The notes under the pieces are model-generated. The model worked only from the letters and a program-made list of their open reading frames with translations. It was not told the origin of the DNA and ran no database searches. A program made the translations under genes and the position numbers. From assembly GCA_950097015.1 (NCBI GenBank), contig CATNEN010000034.1:2976001-3040000 (forward strand): DNA of 64,000 nucleotides, given 5' to 3'. Numbering within the stretch: position 1 is the first letter of the stretch; each line of letters opens with the position of its first letter. The stretch is from Macrostomum hystrix (Eukaryota > Animalia > Platyhelminthes). Shown here in pieces: positions 1 to 12,242 of the stretch.

Positions 1-204
1 TCAATTGATCATAAGTTTAATATTGCAATCAATTTGAATCACCATGTTCCGAATGCATTACGAGGGCGCATCTTTCTTATCAGCGAGTTGATAATTGATA
101 ATTAATATAAAAAATAACTCGTCACTTTTTAGGAAATTTTCATTTCCTCATTTTATTTCGACGTTGCTGGCCTGCCGGCTAACGTTAATCGAAAAAACGT
201 CGCT

Positions 205-274
205 CGACTAGTCAAGGACCACTGTAGTATACTACAGTATATGTAGTTATACTACAGTGGTCCTTGCGACTAGT
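205..274. mobile_element. 54-bp non-autonomous TIR mini-element (213-266) with 8-bp target-site duplication
   Basis: Perfect 19-bp inverted repeats CAAGGACCACTGTAGTATA (213-231) / TATACTACAGTGGTCCTTG (248-266), 16-bp spacer, flanked by direct CGACTAGT at 205-212 and 267-274. Confidence 0.8.
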
Positions 275-1088
275 ACGTCGCTCGGCAAACTTTGCCAGTC
301 ACGCGCGAACGTCCGCATGGCAATCCGGGAGTTCTGCCATTGTTGTAGCGTGTTTTCATCCTATTAAAACACAATAAAAATTTACAGAAAAGTGATGTGA
401 TCCAAGATGTGATAAAAAACAGAAAGTTAACTACTTGTTTTATTAAATAAAAATGAACACCTTGTGTTTTACGTATTAAGTTAAAATTACAAAATATGTT
501 ACATGTTTGAAAAATATCCATTCTGTGCCGTGCACACGTTTCAAGGGACCTGTTACTGGTCAGTACCAGTAAATAAACTTTACTCGTGTCGTGTAATTCC
601 TCTGTATGTAAAAACGATATAAGAAGATCTGTGGGGTACAAAAATAATACTTTCTCTTTATTTTACAGCAGTCGTTGTTGTTGTTATTAAGTTTGGGGTA
701 AAACACGGGGTTTTTAGGCCCTGCTTCACGTTCACGCGCATCAGCCGAAGCTCTTACGCTTACAACAGTAGTTAATTTTGTTCGGTAATTAAGAACATTT
801 GCGCTCGCAACAAGACTCTAGAACAGTCATAGGAAATCCTGTGTTATTTATTACTTAAAAGTTAGTACTATGTATTGTGTGCAGTGCAGTATATTCATCG
901 TCCTATTTTTTCGCAGCTATTTTGTATATTCACGTATATTGTAGTGTTAGAAGTGTAAAACTATAATGCATTCAGCTAAGGTAGAACTCATTAATACATT
1001 TCATTAATAAATACTTGGGGCCTGGGTCAAAGTAAAGTAGAAGGCCCCACATTATGTGTGTGAACTTTGTCTTCATGTAATCTCTATA

Positions 1089-1374
1089 GTCTAGAGCAGG
1101 GGTCAGCCAGATGCTGCCCTCAAAGCTCACAAATCTGGCCCATTGCCTCTTCAAACACATTCAGTGTCCTGTCTCATCTTTCCCCTGTCTTGTCTCTCCC
1201 ATATCTCATCTCTCCTGTGTCTTATCTCTCCTCTGTCTCATCTCCCCCTGTCATATCTTCTCTGTCTCATCTCTCCCCTATATCATATTTCTACAGTCAA
1301 TGCAGGCCACTATCATCATTTAGGTTCTTTCTTTGGCCCACTAGCTAATAAAACTGCCAACCCCTCGTCTAGCA
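1089..1374 (+). mobile_element. hAT-type (Charlie-like) MITE, about 270 bp (1097-1366)
   Basis: Starts CAGGGGTCAGCCA after GTCTAGAG and ends CTGCCAACCCCTC before GTCTAGCA (degenerate 8-bp TSD with a TCTAG core, a known hAT target preference). CT-rich interior. A diverged inverted copy of the interior lies at 30381-30582. Confidence 0.65.
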
Positions 1375-1951
1375 CTTCCTTCAGTCCCACTCCCAACACA
1401 ACTTTTCATGCCTATGAATAAAGAAATTATATTTTATCAGTGTAATAAAGTGCTTTTGCAATAAATTATGTGAAATCATGTCTGTTTGACTTTGACCCCC
1501 ACCCAATGGCTAGGGGTTAGAAAAAACGGATCCTAGTCATTTCGTCAACTGCCATTTCGTCAACTGGACACATCGTCAACCCGTTCCCCGTATTGGTCGT
1601 TTCGTCAACCAACCAATAGGATACTTTCAAAGCTTGGTTATTTCGTCAACTGTTCAATGGGACGATGTCAACTTTTTGTCACTTCGTCAACTGCCAATAA
1701 TACACGCCCCGCATGAAACTTTTTCCCGTTGCATGTTTATTCAATGCAGCCCTCCTCCTTTCTCATTCTGGGCTTGGGACCAGACAATGGCGGAGTTACT
1801 GCCACAAAGATACAGTAATTGTATGGTAAAAAAGGAAAAATGCATTGCACAAAATCACAAAGATCACAAAGGCCACCACAAAGGTCACAATCAAATATAA
1901 AGCTGAAGTCATGCGCAGACTGTACAGTACACTTATCCACTTACGTACGTA

Positions 1952-3624
1952 CTAGTCCTGCTGCTGCTGCTGCACCTGTTGCCGCTGTCTGTACGCAAAC
2001 TGGGGAATGTGGCCGAGGCGCGAGCACCGGAGCAGGAATGCACGGATTGACAACTCACCAGTGCGGTACTGCGCCCAGTACCGCTCCACAGTCGTCTGCA
2101 GACGCTCGTACCGTGCTCTGTGCTGGCGCTCCTGAGCACCCTGGTGCACCAGCTCGGCATGCATTGGCACAAGCTTGGCCTCCATGTGCAGCAGGTGCAG
2201 AAGTGGGTAGAGCGTCAACTGCACTCTCTCGGCCCGCTGCTTGAGTCTCCGGTGCCAGCCCTCGACCTCGTTGTTGGTACGTATTGACTGGCCGTACACA
2301 CTGACTTCGTGGACTCGTGGACCGGGTTCGAGAAGAGAAATCAGGATAGGAAGAAGAGATACGGATAGGGATACGAGCAGAGAAGACGGCAGTGTAGTCA
2401 TTTACCGACTTACCTGACATTAGTGCGAAGGCCAGAGGAACCTGCTTGATTGTCGTTCCCTGTCGGATGTAGCAGTGCACCGAGTACAGCTGCTTGAATG
2501 GGGCATGAACGACATCGAAGGTGCCGTCCAGAAACCACAATCTGCGGGAGACAAGCAACTCTATCTGGTTGGATGTGTAAAGAAGCAGATGACGCTTGCC
2601 TGAGCCTTCGACTCGGACATCGCTGCGGAGAAAATTCGGAGGCAGATGATCCAAGGCCAGTGCAAACTGGAGGTCGACTGGAGGCTGCGGGCGCCCAACC
2701 TCACGAGACCGATTGGCGATTCGCACCAGCTGATTGATGCCGGGTACCACTGGGCCAATGTCCCCGCGGTCTCCAGCAACTTCGCCTCCACGATTGCTGC
2801 AGCCGATCTGAAGCAGTGCCGCTTCGCGTCCTCCTTGATCTCGGCGACCAATCGGCGCTTCATTCCCTCACGCACTCGTGCTTCGCAGATGTGAGCCGCT
2901 TGGCCGCTTCGAATGTTGCCCTGACTGTCTTCAATGGCAGAAGCCGGGCACTTCAACCTCGCGATGCCTTGCTTTAATTATTTAAGAGCAATTCCCAAGG
3001 TACTAACCATAATGTCTATAATATTTATTTAAAATTATTTAATTATTAAATGTAGAATGTCTCACCTGCTTCGGCAGCATACATTTCGGCCAGTAGACCT
3101 GCTGCGTCTTCTGCCTCCGCCGCTGGCTCCGCCCCTGGCTCCATCGCTGGCTCCGCCGCTAGATCCGCCGCTGGCTCCGCCGCTAGATCCGCCGCTGGCT
3201 CCGCCGCTAGATCCGCCGCTGGCTCCGCCGCTGGCTCCGCCGCTGGCTCCGCCGCTAGATCCGCCGCTGGCTCCGCCGCTGGCTCCGCCGCTGGCTCCGC
3301 CGCTGGCTCCGTCGCTGGCTCCGTCGCTGGCTCCGCCGCTGGTCTTGCCTGACAAGTGGCACACGACCATGCGAACACGTCCTGCCGCATAAGCTGCCTG
3401 TACTCTGCTTGTGAGATTCTAGTCCCACAAGTTCGATGTTGCCACTTTTGGCACGAATCGCACTGTATGGCCTGTTGACGTGGCCGCACAGTCTCTGAGC
3501 ACTGAATACACTTATCAGTGTCCATTACCAAGACGTAAAAAATTGAGTGGCCCTCCTGAAACCCTACTCCATTATATGGTGTTTGAGGAGGTTGCATTGT
3601 CAGGTTTAAAGTATTTCGTATCAT
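1952..3624 (-). pseudogene. Disrupted PHD-finger + MULE DDE transposase
   Basis: PHD (CIQC..CDSC..WQHRTC..WSCATC) in ORF 3046-3624; zinc-finger remnant KCPAS..HICE (about 2870-2960); WFLDGTF..PFKQLY..VPLAFALM in ORF 2055-2750; RTNNEVEGWH in ORF 1952-2401. Frameshift near 2750; the central DFE/CxFH region is absent. Confidence 0.85.
3120..3345 (-). repeat. 12-bp coding tandem repeat (AEPA/ADLA)n inside the transposase N-terminal exon
   Basis: (CCGCTGGCTCCG)-like units read directly on the + strand. Confidence 0.9.
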
Positions 3625-3678
3625 GTTGAGACATGATAGTTGAGGATTAAAAAGGTGCTAATTCGCATTGAGAGATTG

Positions 3679-3812
3679 AGAGAACATGTGTCAACGCGAG
3701 GGGCGCTGGTTTAAGTAAAAGAGACAGGGTGCACGTTGTCAGCTTAAGAGAACAGGTGTCAGCGCGAGGGCTCTGGTTTAAGTTACAGAGACAGGGCACG
3801 TTGTCAGTTTAG
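3679..3812. repeat. Two imperfect about 68-bp tandem copies upstream of the transposase ORF
   Basis: GAGAACA(T/G)GTGTCA..GCGAGGG..CTGGTTTAAGT..AGAGACAGGG..CACGTTGTCAG occurs twice. Confidence 0.7.
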
Positions 3813-4669
3813 GGGGGGGTGGCGAAGATGGATTGAGAACGTTCCGGATAATAAGTAATAATAACAAAGGTAATGTTATGTACATGTTATGACATTTTCA
3901 AACTGTAGCTAGCCAGTTGACGAAGTAACTAAAATTCTCAGGTCATTTCGTCAACTGACTGATAAAGCAATCTAAAACCTTGGTCATTTCGTCAACTGCA
4001 AGTGAGACCACCTTAAACTGTTGGTCAATTCGTCAACCAAGTTGACGAACTGGCAGTTGACGAAATGACCAGCACCCGAAAAAACTGCACTTAGATTGTG
4101 CATATAATATGTCATTTAAATTTTTAGGCAATCTCCTAGTTTACTGTGTTAACATGTTTAAGCTTTTCAGCCAATCTAGCAATAAGGGTATATTAAGGGA
4201 TATATAGGCATAACAAGTTAAATGTCAGTTAAGTCTATTATTTTTATTAGTCTTTAATAATGTGCTACTCAGAACCAGAGGTTTTTTCAAAAGGAAGTAG
4301 CCTACTGCAATAAAAACTCTTTCCTTGGAAACAGGTGGTATTAGTGGCCCTCAAAATGCAATATATTGCCATTAATTTTGCCTAGACATAGATCTTAGAC
4401 ATTTGATATTGGTAGGGCCTAGATTGTTAAGTTATTAGGGACTATTAAAAATGAAAGCTATAGTAGACCTACTATCCATCAGATTTGACCAAGTGGCTTA
4501 GTTTGTCCTCAGGGGCAATCATGCTAAGTGCTATCAGCTTTCTAGCCTATGTTCATATTTGTAAAATTTTAAATACTTTTAACTAGCAACAATGCCCCCT
4601 TTGGGGAGCTTAAGTGTGCATAGAAGTATCTAAATCTAAGTAAGTAAGCTAAACAATGGTTTTTCAGTA

Positions 4670-5200
4670 TAAATCATGCTAACCCTTTGATATTTTTCTA
4701 CATCGTTGATAAATTATGTTATATAAATTATGCTACCCTCACTAAATCATTCTACCCCCTCAATATATCATGCTACTCCCTTGAAAGGCATGCTATTTAC
4801 TTAATAACTCATGCCATCCCTCCACAAAGCCTGCTATTATCTCTATAATTCATGTAGTCCCCTACTTATTTTAGGCTAACCTAATAACTCAGCAACCCTG
4901 ATAATTCATGCTACCCCTGCTATGAATCATGCTTACCCCATTATCAAATCAAGCTATGCCCTTGATAATTAATGTTTCCACCTCAATAATTAATTCTACC
5001 CCCTCGTCAAATCATACTACCCTTTGATACTTTTTTCTAACCCTCTATAAATCATGCTATCCCCTTGATTAATCAAGCTATACCTAGATAAATCAAGCTA
5101 CCATTTAATAAATCATGCCACCTCTCAATAATTTATCCTACCCCTTCAGTAAATCATTCTACCCCCTCAAAAAATCATGCCAGCTTCACATCATGCTATA
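4670..5200. repeat. Highly degenerate about 22-24-bp minisatellite (AAATCATGCTACCCCT core)
   Basis: Recurrent TCATGCTA/TCATTCTA + CCCC motif at roughly constant spacing. Confidence 0.6.
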
Positions 5201-5851
5201 CCCTCAGTAATCCTTGCTGGTTTTGAGGTAAATGTACTTTTGCAGCCCATCTGTTTGTTTGATTTGCATTTGATCAAGGTGGTTTTTGTCTGAAAGTCTT
5301 GGGCGTATCAACCCTGTTTTTCTACACCCCTTGCACCCACCCCTATCGATTGATTGCATGCATACATTTAAATATTTAACAACAGACCCCACACACCTCA
5401 AGCTGAAGGCTAAATATAATACCACTGCCTTGGAGTTCTCTCCACTTGAGTTTTTCGACTATAGCAAATATTCACCAAATCATGAGTCTTTTGACCAAGC
5501 CTAATAAACACTTTGCAACATCTCAATAAGTAATGCTGTCCCCTTGATAGTTTCTGCTGTCTGGTTGACAATTTTATGCTACCCTTGAATATTTCAAGCT
5601 TCTCCTTACATTCATAGTATTTGTAATATTTATATTACTTATAATACATCATGTAGCACTACTACACTTAACTATGCATTTTAGCGCAATTGCTATGCTT
5701 GTGATTTAACAATCATTATGAAATATGCTAATAACCACATATTTATTGTATATACACATTTATGAGTACTTTAAAAAGTTTTTGTTGCAAGCACATCTGT
5801 CAACATAAAGTTAAACTAAATTGATTTTTAGCCTGCCAATCAAATCAAGCC

Positions 5852-7580
5852 ATGACTGTCCAGCTGCATTCAATATCTGGCACATTGGCTCATATTGCTG
5901 ACTTTGATAGGCTCTATGTGAATTTAGACAGCGAGGCTACAGATCTGATGATCTTGCAGCAACAGGTGGAGACCTGCTCAACGCATGTCGAACCTACAGT
6001 TGGAATGGTGAGTCTCTTAATGCTGCCATTTCACTTAATATGCCAAAAATAGAGAAATTAGTGCCATGCAAGTACTTCTGCTGTAATCTTCCTGTTTCCC
6101 TGTTCCCCAGCTCTGCGCTGCTCGCTACGAAGGCTATCTTTACCGTGCTCGATGCATTCGCGCAAATCGTCAGGATGCGCTGATGCACTTTATTGATTAT
6201 GGCAACACTGAGCGAGTGCCAATTGACCAGATCTACGCCCTACCCGATGGGCCTCTGCGTGCCCGACCGCCTCTGGTCCGCTGCTGCAGTCTGGAGGGCC
6301 TCCTAGCCATTGACGAGGACGCGGCGCGGCAGGAGATCTCTCGGATTGCCTTGGAGCGGCCGGTGACTCTTCGGATTTCGAAAATCGACGGCTTGATTGA
6401 GAGTACCGGCGAGGCTGCCATCGTAGCCGAAGATATGCTGGACGATACTGGCAAATCAGTTAGCGAGCGGCTCCTTGAGCTGCGATTGGTCAGGCGGTAC
6501 AAGCCTGCCCGGCCCAGCCTGGAATCATTTGCAGAGCTCAAGATTGTAAACTCCGAAACCGCGCCACCTTGTGTCGAAGAGCAAGCCAAGCCGCTTGTCA
6601 ACAAATTTCAACAGTCTGCGCTGTCCACCTACGAATCTAAGTTGCCCAGCAACGAAACGAAAGTTCCTAGCAACGAAACCAAAGGTCCTAGCAATGGGAA
6701 TATTCCGCCTAGCAACGAAACTAAAGGGCACAGCAACGAGAATATTCCGCCTGGCAACGAATTCAAAGAGCCTGGCAACGAGAACATTCCGCTCAGCAAC
6801 GAAACCAAAGGGTCTAGCAACGGGAATATTCAGCCTAGCAACGAATGCAAAGGGCATAGTAACGAGAATATTCCGCCTAGTAACAAGAATCTTCCGCCTA
6901 TCAACAACACTAGACCACTTAGAAACGAAGCTAAGCCGGCTATGAACGCTGGGAAATCTATCTACATCGGTGCCGTCACGATTACTGAAGTGCTCTCACC
7001 GAACGAGTTTTTTTGCATTCTGCCCAATGCACCACCACCTCCAGTTCTGCCCCTGTCACCTAGGGAACCAATAGGCCTCACAAGTCTGGCCGAACTTGAT
7101 GAGTTCGACCTCAACGCCCTATACGTGGCCCGCTATTCGAGGGATCCTACTCGCCGCTACCATCGCGTGCGCCTGCTCAGCTTGAACCTTCGCAACGCCA
7201 CGGCAACCGTGCTTCTAGTCGACTTTGGTCACGTCGAATCGTCGAAACCACTGGCTGAAATCTACCAGATCAGGCAATCCGACGTCGCCCTGACACCGCT
7301 GATGGCTGCCGCGGCGCGCGCCACTCGCTGCGGACTCCGCGGCCTTGCCACCTGTCCCCCCTGTCTGGCCGGCGAGGCTTCTCGCCTGTTTCGCCAATTC
7401 GTCAACTCGCCGGACTCGACTGGCATCGATGTTGGCAGCTCTGTCGCCTTTGCCGAGTTGTATGCCCCCGTTGCCAACTGCTCAGTTACTCACCCGGCTG
7501 ACCTGCATTGCTACGGGAGTGCCGAGGGCCCGTCTGTTGCTGAACAGCTCATCGCATCCGGAATATCTAAGCCTATTTAA
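5852..7580 (+). CDS. Two-exon protein with two extended Tudor domains (about 541 aa); exons 5852-6007, 6111-7580
   Basis: GTGAGT donor at 6008 and CCCCAG acceptor ending 6110 join VGM|LCAARYEGYLYRARC..MHFIDYGNTE (Tudor 1). Second domain YVARYSRDPTRRYHRVRL..LLVDFGH. TDRD-like family assignment is by motif only. Confidence 0.88.
6645..6890 (+). repeat. 42-bp (2x21) coding repeat, PPSNETKGHSNENI-like, in the inter-Tudor linker
   Basis: About 5-6 copies visible in both the translation and the DNA (CCTAGCAACGAAAC..). Confidence 0.85.
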
Positions 7581-10530
7581 TATTGATTTAGGAGTAAATA
7601 CTTCTCAAGGTTATCACAGTTTTTTTAGTCAGAGAATGTAATGGCAGTTGGTGAGTCAGAGTTTTGTATAGATAATAATATCTGAGGATGTTATTGCAAC
7701 TGACATGATCAAATCCTCATTCAAAGTGTTTGTTTCCATACAGTGAAATGTTTATTAGAGTTATTTTGTTGAACAGCAAGTTGCTCCCTATTCGTGGGTG
7801 GCATAAACCATTACTGTGTTCTCAAGCCTGTATTTGTTTTAGCTATTTCTCCATACTTCTTTTTATATTTGGCATTAATAGCCCGCACCTTAGCAATTTA
7901 ACGAAAATGTTCAGTTTGCTTTTGCTTTAACCCCCAAAAGACAGCTGTGTCATTTTCAGTGTTTTGTACGTTATTGCATTTTGCTAATTCAAAGATATCG
8001 CATTTTTTAAAACGTACATAATTAGCTACGTGTAATTATTACCTTTTTAATTTTCATGTGCCGTTACTTGCAAATGTACTATTTTTTACTCATTTACGGC
8101 AAATTTCTACGTAAAAGGATAGGATTAACTACTGTGGCTGCGCTCCTTCAATTACGAGTATGTAGTCATTTGGTTACCAAATTTATAAAAATAGTATAGC
8201 TGGTTGTTTATTGTTTTTTTCTTATATTAGTCTCTTCACGAATTGTAAACCGAGTTGCCTGCAAAGCCTGAAGCAATATAGCAAAGTTTGCCAATTAATG
8301 TAGTTTTTGCTATCTAATCTTCATTCGTTTTAACATACTCTTCTCTGGTGCCTTGTTTGTACTTTTAAAGTGAAGCAAGCTTAATAAACTCTATTGTTCT
8401 AGTTTGGTTTTAGGCAGTTGTGCCTTCATTTGTTTTTTACTCTTTGGTTAGTTAGCCAAGATGAGTCTGTTTTTCATTAAAAGAACATCAGGTGTCTTTT
8501 AAAATATTCGTATTTTTTATACCTAAAAAACTACGACTAGATAGTGGGGTTAATTGAAAGTTAGCGAGGTAGTCGTACTTGTAACTTAGAAACTCACAAA
8601 CTAGTAATAACAAAGCACACGGGCAATTAATCCTTTGGTTGGCCTGGTCAGGGGCACCGACGTGATGTAGGCGATTGTTTCGAAAACGTTCCGTGGCAGT
8701 GCAGGATCGGGTACAATAGAAGCAAGTTAAAAAGCATGTCTTGCCGATCGGGGATATTACGATCATGTGTAATCTATAGGCTGACTAGGCGCAAAAATGC
8801 CTACAGAAGGATTTCAGTGACGCAGTTCGACTAATATCTTTTTCTCCTGTATTTTCAGTACATTGTGTACAACGTACTGTATTCCGCTTGATAGAAAACA
8901 GCAGCGATATGTACGCTGTCTTGATTTTGTTGTCAACGTCAAAGGCGTGCTGTAACTTACGCCGTTACGTATTGCCGGTAGCAATACGGAAAGTTAGCAA
9001 ATAAAGCAATCGGAAAATATATCCCAGCTGTAAAAATGACTTAGATTTTATTGTAGCGTGAATGTTGCTTTGATTCGAACTCTGCAGGAAGCTAGCTTGA
9101 GGGACAACGTGCGAGTAAATACGCGCTTAAGTTAGCAATGCAATTCATTATTTTAAATAAAAATATAGTTATGCATATCTGATACGAGGCTGAATTTGAG
9201 GAAAATAAATTAGGGATATAAGAAATTTGCTTATGAAACAGAGTAGAGTTTAAGCTGTAATACTAAAAATGATTAGCAACAGTCGACTGTACTGTGGTCG
9301 ATGACATGTCAAAACGGGCGACACGTCTTACTGTGATTTGATGTCGTTAGTATAACGGTGATTTGTCGTTAGTTTTGGCGCATGTTTAAAGGTAATTAAA
9401 TCTTCTAATTTAATGTTTACGACTTCAAATCAAAACAATATTGCAATAGAATTCCTGTATGCGAATATTTTGAGAAAACCTCAAAACGAAAAATTTCGTT
9501 GTTTACCTAGTTTTTTATTCAAAATAAATAATATAACCTTCTTGATAAGTTACACTATTCTAGAACTAGAAGTTCAAAACTGTATGACTGAATAATTTAG
9601 CTGAATAAGTTAACAATTAGTGTATTTTTCTCCTATTTTTACAATTCTAAGCAACAGTCCTGTATATAGAGAACTAGATAGAAGTTTTGAGTCCTAGTTA
9701 ACTTCTGAGGACACTCAAAGTTTTTGTAACTACTTAATCAAATATTAATAAATGTATAGTAATAGCTCATTTTCTTTAACATTTTATAACGCTTTACACT
9801 TATATATTTCTCACGTTAAATTGCTATCCTGACAAACCAATCACAGTGGCAGAGCTACAGAGGCCTACTATAGCTTGTAGAACTGGGCCTTAAATGATGA
9901 CAATTTGCTAGGGCTAGGCAGGTTTGCTTTTTAGCTAGGCCCTATGACACAGAGACAGAGGGTCCTTGTAAACATTGAAATTGACCACACAATGGAATAT
10001 AGTGGGACTGAGGGTGTATTTTATTACTTTTTTTCTTTACTGATTTACTCCTTTAAGATTTTAGCTGATTACTAGTTCTTATTTGTATTGATTGAACTTA
10101 GTATAAAACACTTGAAATTTCAAATATTTCAAATTTCAATTTCAAATTTATACAGTTGTGGTAGGCCCTACCTAAATGAATTTATTTAGCAGCTATATAC
10201 AAATATATATTAATTTTGTGCTAGCTTCATTTTTTAAATTAATAAATCATGTATAGAATCTAAACTAGCACAATTTAACCAAGTAAATTTAAATATGTCA
10301 TAGTTAGCTGTGACTTAGTAATCTTTTGTATTTCCTAGATATTAAATTAGGCCTACAAACAAGTATTTAATTAAATTAACAGTATATACTTTTACTTGAA
10401 GCTAAACTGTTTGATTGTTGGTTTTTGCTATATTGTTACAACAGATACAAATTACGTTAGGGTAATTATAGTAGTTAAATGATGAAAGAGACAAGTTACT
10501 ACTTTGAATAAGGGCACTTATATTGCATAA

Positions 10531-11212
10531 TATTTAAAAAGCGAGTAGTAAGCAATGCAATTGTAGCTTGACCTAAATCCCATTATTCCTATCTCCCTTT
10601 AAAGGTTTCACAAGCTTTTGTAGCCTTTAAAGCCACAGACAAATTTATTTATGCCTAATGGAATGCCTAAAGTCCGGATCATGTAGTGCATGCCAGAATT
10701 TTCCAGCATGCATTTGTTTTCAGCTGGCGTGTATGGATAGCGTGCATTAGTATATATTTTAAGGGTTGGTGTACACTTTGGCATGCATGGCATGTATGGC
10801 AATGGTATAGTGTGCAATCGTACATTGTATTTAAAAAGAGATCAAATATGTGTTTCATGTATCTGTATCTATAATTACAAATATCAACCAATTATTTAGG
10901 ACTTTGCATGAGTAAAACAAAATGTTCTGTTTATATGTTAAAACATGTTTAAGCTTTCTAAATTTGACTATAAATACTATAAAAAATAATTCTTCTGGCA
11001 TGCAGCCAACATGATCTGTACTATGGCCTAATGCTTATTTTTTCTGGATGTTATGATACACTATAAAAATATATCTATTAATTCGATTGTTTGCAATTTA
11101 ACTGTTTATTCATTTATTCAGTATATATTTTAACTTTCTAGATATATAAAAATTTCAGATATATTAGATATATTAAAAAAGTAAGCAGTAAGCCATGCAA
11201 TTGTTGCTTGGC
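10531..11212. repeat. Old diverged direct duplication, offset about 640 bp
   Basis: TATTTAAAAAGCGAGTAGTAAGCAATGCAATTGTAGCTTGAC (10531-10572) vs TATTAAAAAAGTAAGCAGTAAGCCATGCAATTGTTGCTTGGC (11171-11212), with weaker matches downstream. Confidence 0.55.
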
Positions 11213-12242
11213 TTGTTTCCCTATGTATACATTTCCCATTATTTTTAATGGCACACTATTTTTGCACTAGTTTACTTATGTCAATTATGCAACTTTTAGG
11301 CCATGACACTGATATAAAATTTTATGCCCAGGTCATTTTAGCTTCAAAAGTTAATTCCAGAAATTTCCTGTATATGACAACAAACCAAGCTTTTGGTTAA
11401 TTTAATATGAAACCTAAATTTCATTTTGTTTGCTCCAAAAAATAATTATTGAATGAACTATTAAATTCTCCAGTAGAAATTTTCCAAGTCAAAAAGAAAC
11501 CTTCTGTTTAACACATTTCTATATATAAAACTTATAAATATTTGTTCTTAGAACATTCAAAAACTTATTTTTGAAGCAATTATAGGTTCATTTATTATAA
11601 CTGTTAGTAGCTAGATGCTTTTTAATTATTTGTTTATATCAAATTTAGTAACATTCTATTTATAGCTTATGTCACCTAATACTTTTTCTGTTTCATTTTA
11701 TATAATAGAAATTAGACACTGATAATTGTTTGGCTTAATTGTCTATCTAAAACATATATATATATAAGTAATAACAATACATTTTTATGCAGAAAATTAT
11801 ACCAAACAGGATTTAAATGCTAAGTAGTTGACTCATTTTACATTTTATATACCATTAAAAACGAAGTTGAAATAGAATAAAAATATCAGTACTTACTTTT
11901 ATTTTTAACCCTGTATATTAAAATATACTTGCCTTCATCTTAAGGTAGATCTAATATATATATATATATAAATAGTAGCATATTGCTTTCTTGGTATTAT
12001 TAGCTATCATATTGGCAATTACCTTTTTTCTTATAATTTGATTTAGACTTTAAAAGGCAATTCATAGTTCTAAAATCTTTATAATGATAATTTGTAGAGA
12101 TAATATTGCGTCTAAGTATTACCCTTCTTTGATATTCTTGTCTTCGAATATAGCTTGCAGCTTCTGAATGAAAAAAAATTAAGACTATTTTGATCTGTAA
12201 ACTTTATCTAAATTTTTGTAGCTTTTTAACCTATACAGCTCA

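Larger units (their letters stand above)
1520..4085 (-). mobile_element. Mutator-like (MULE) DNA transposon, 2550 bp (1528-4077), internally deleted
   Basis: Imperfect TIRs GGATCCTAGTCATTTCGTCAACTGCCA.. / ..TGGCAGTTGACGAAATGACCAGCACCC, 8-bp TSD GAAAAAAC (1520-1527, 4078-4085), subterminal TTCGTCAAC repeats at both ends, MULE transposase fragments inside. Confidence 0.9.

Noticed and set aside
7925-8552. TTAACCCC...GGGGTTAA suggesting a piggyBac-type MITE
   Set aside because: The inverted match does not extend beyond 8 bp in AT-rich DNA.
8968-8988. Perfect 8-bp hairpin CGTATTGC-CGGTA-GCAATACG as a Helitron 3' end
   Set aside because: No CTRR terminus at the expected distance and no other Helitron feature.
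9890-10560. Perfect ATGATGA (box C) motifs at about 9894 and about 10479
   Set aside because: No suitably placed D box, terminal stem or recognisable guide.
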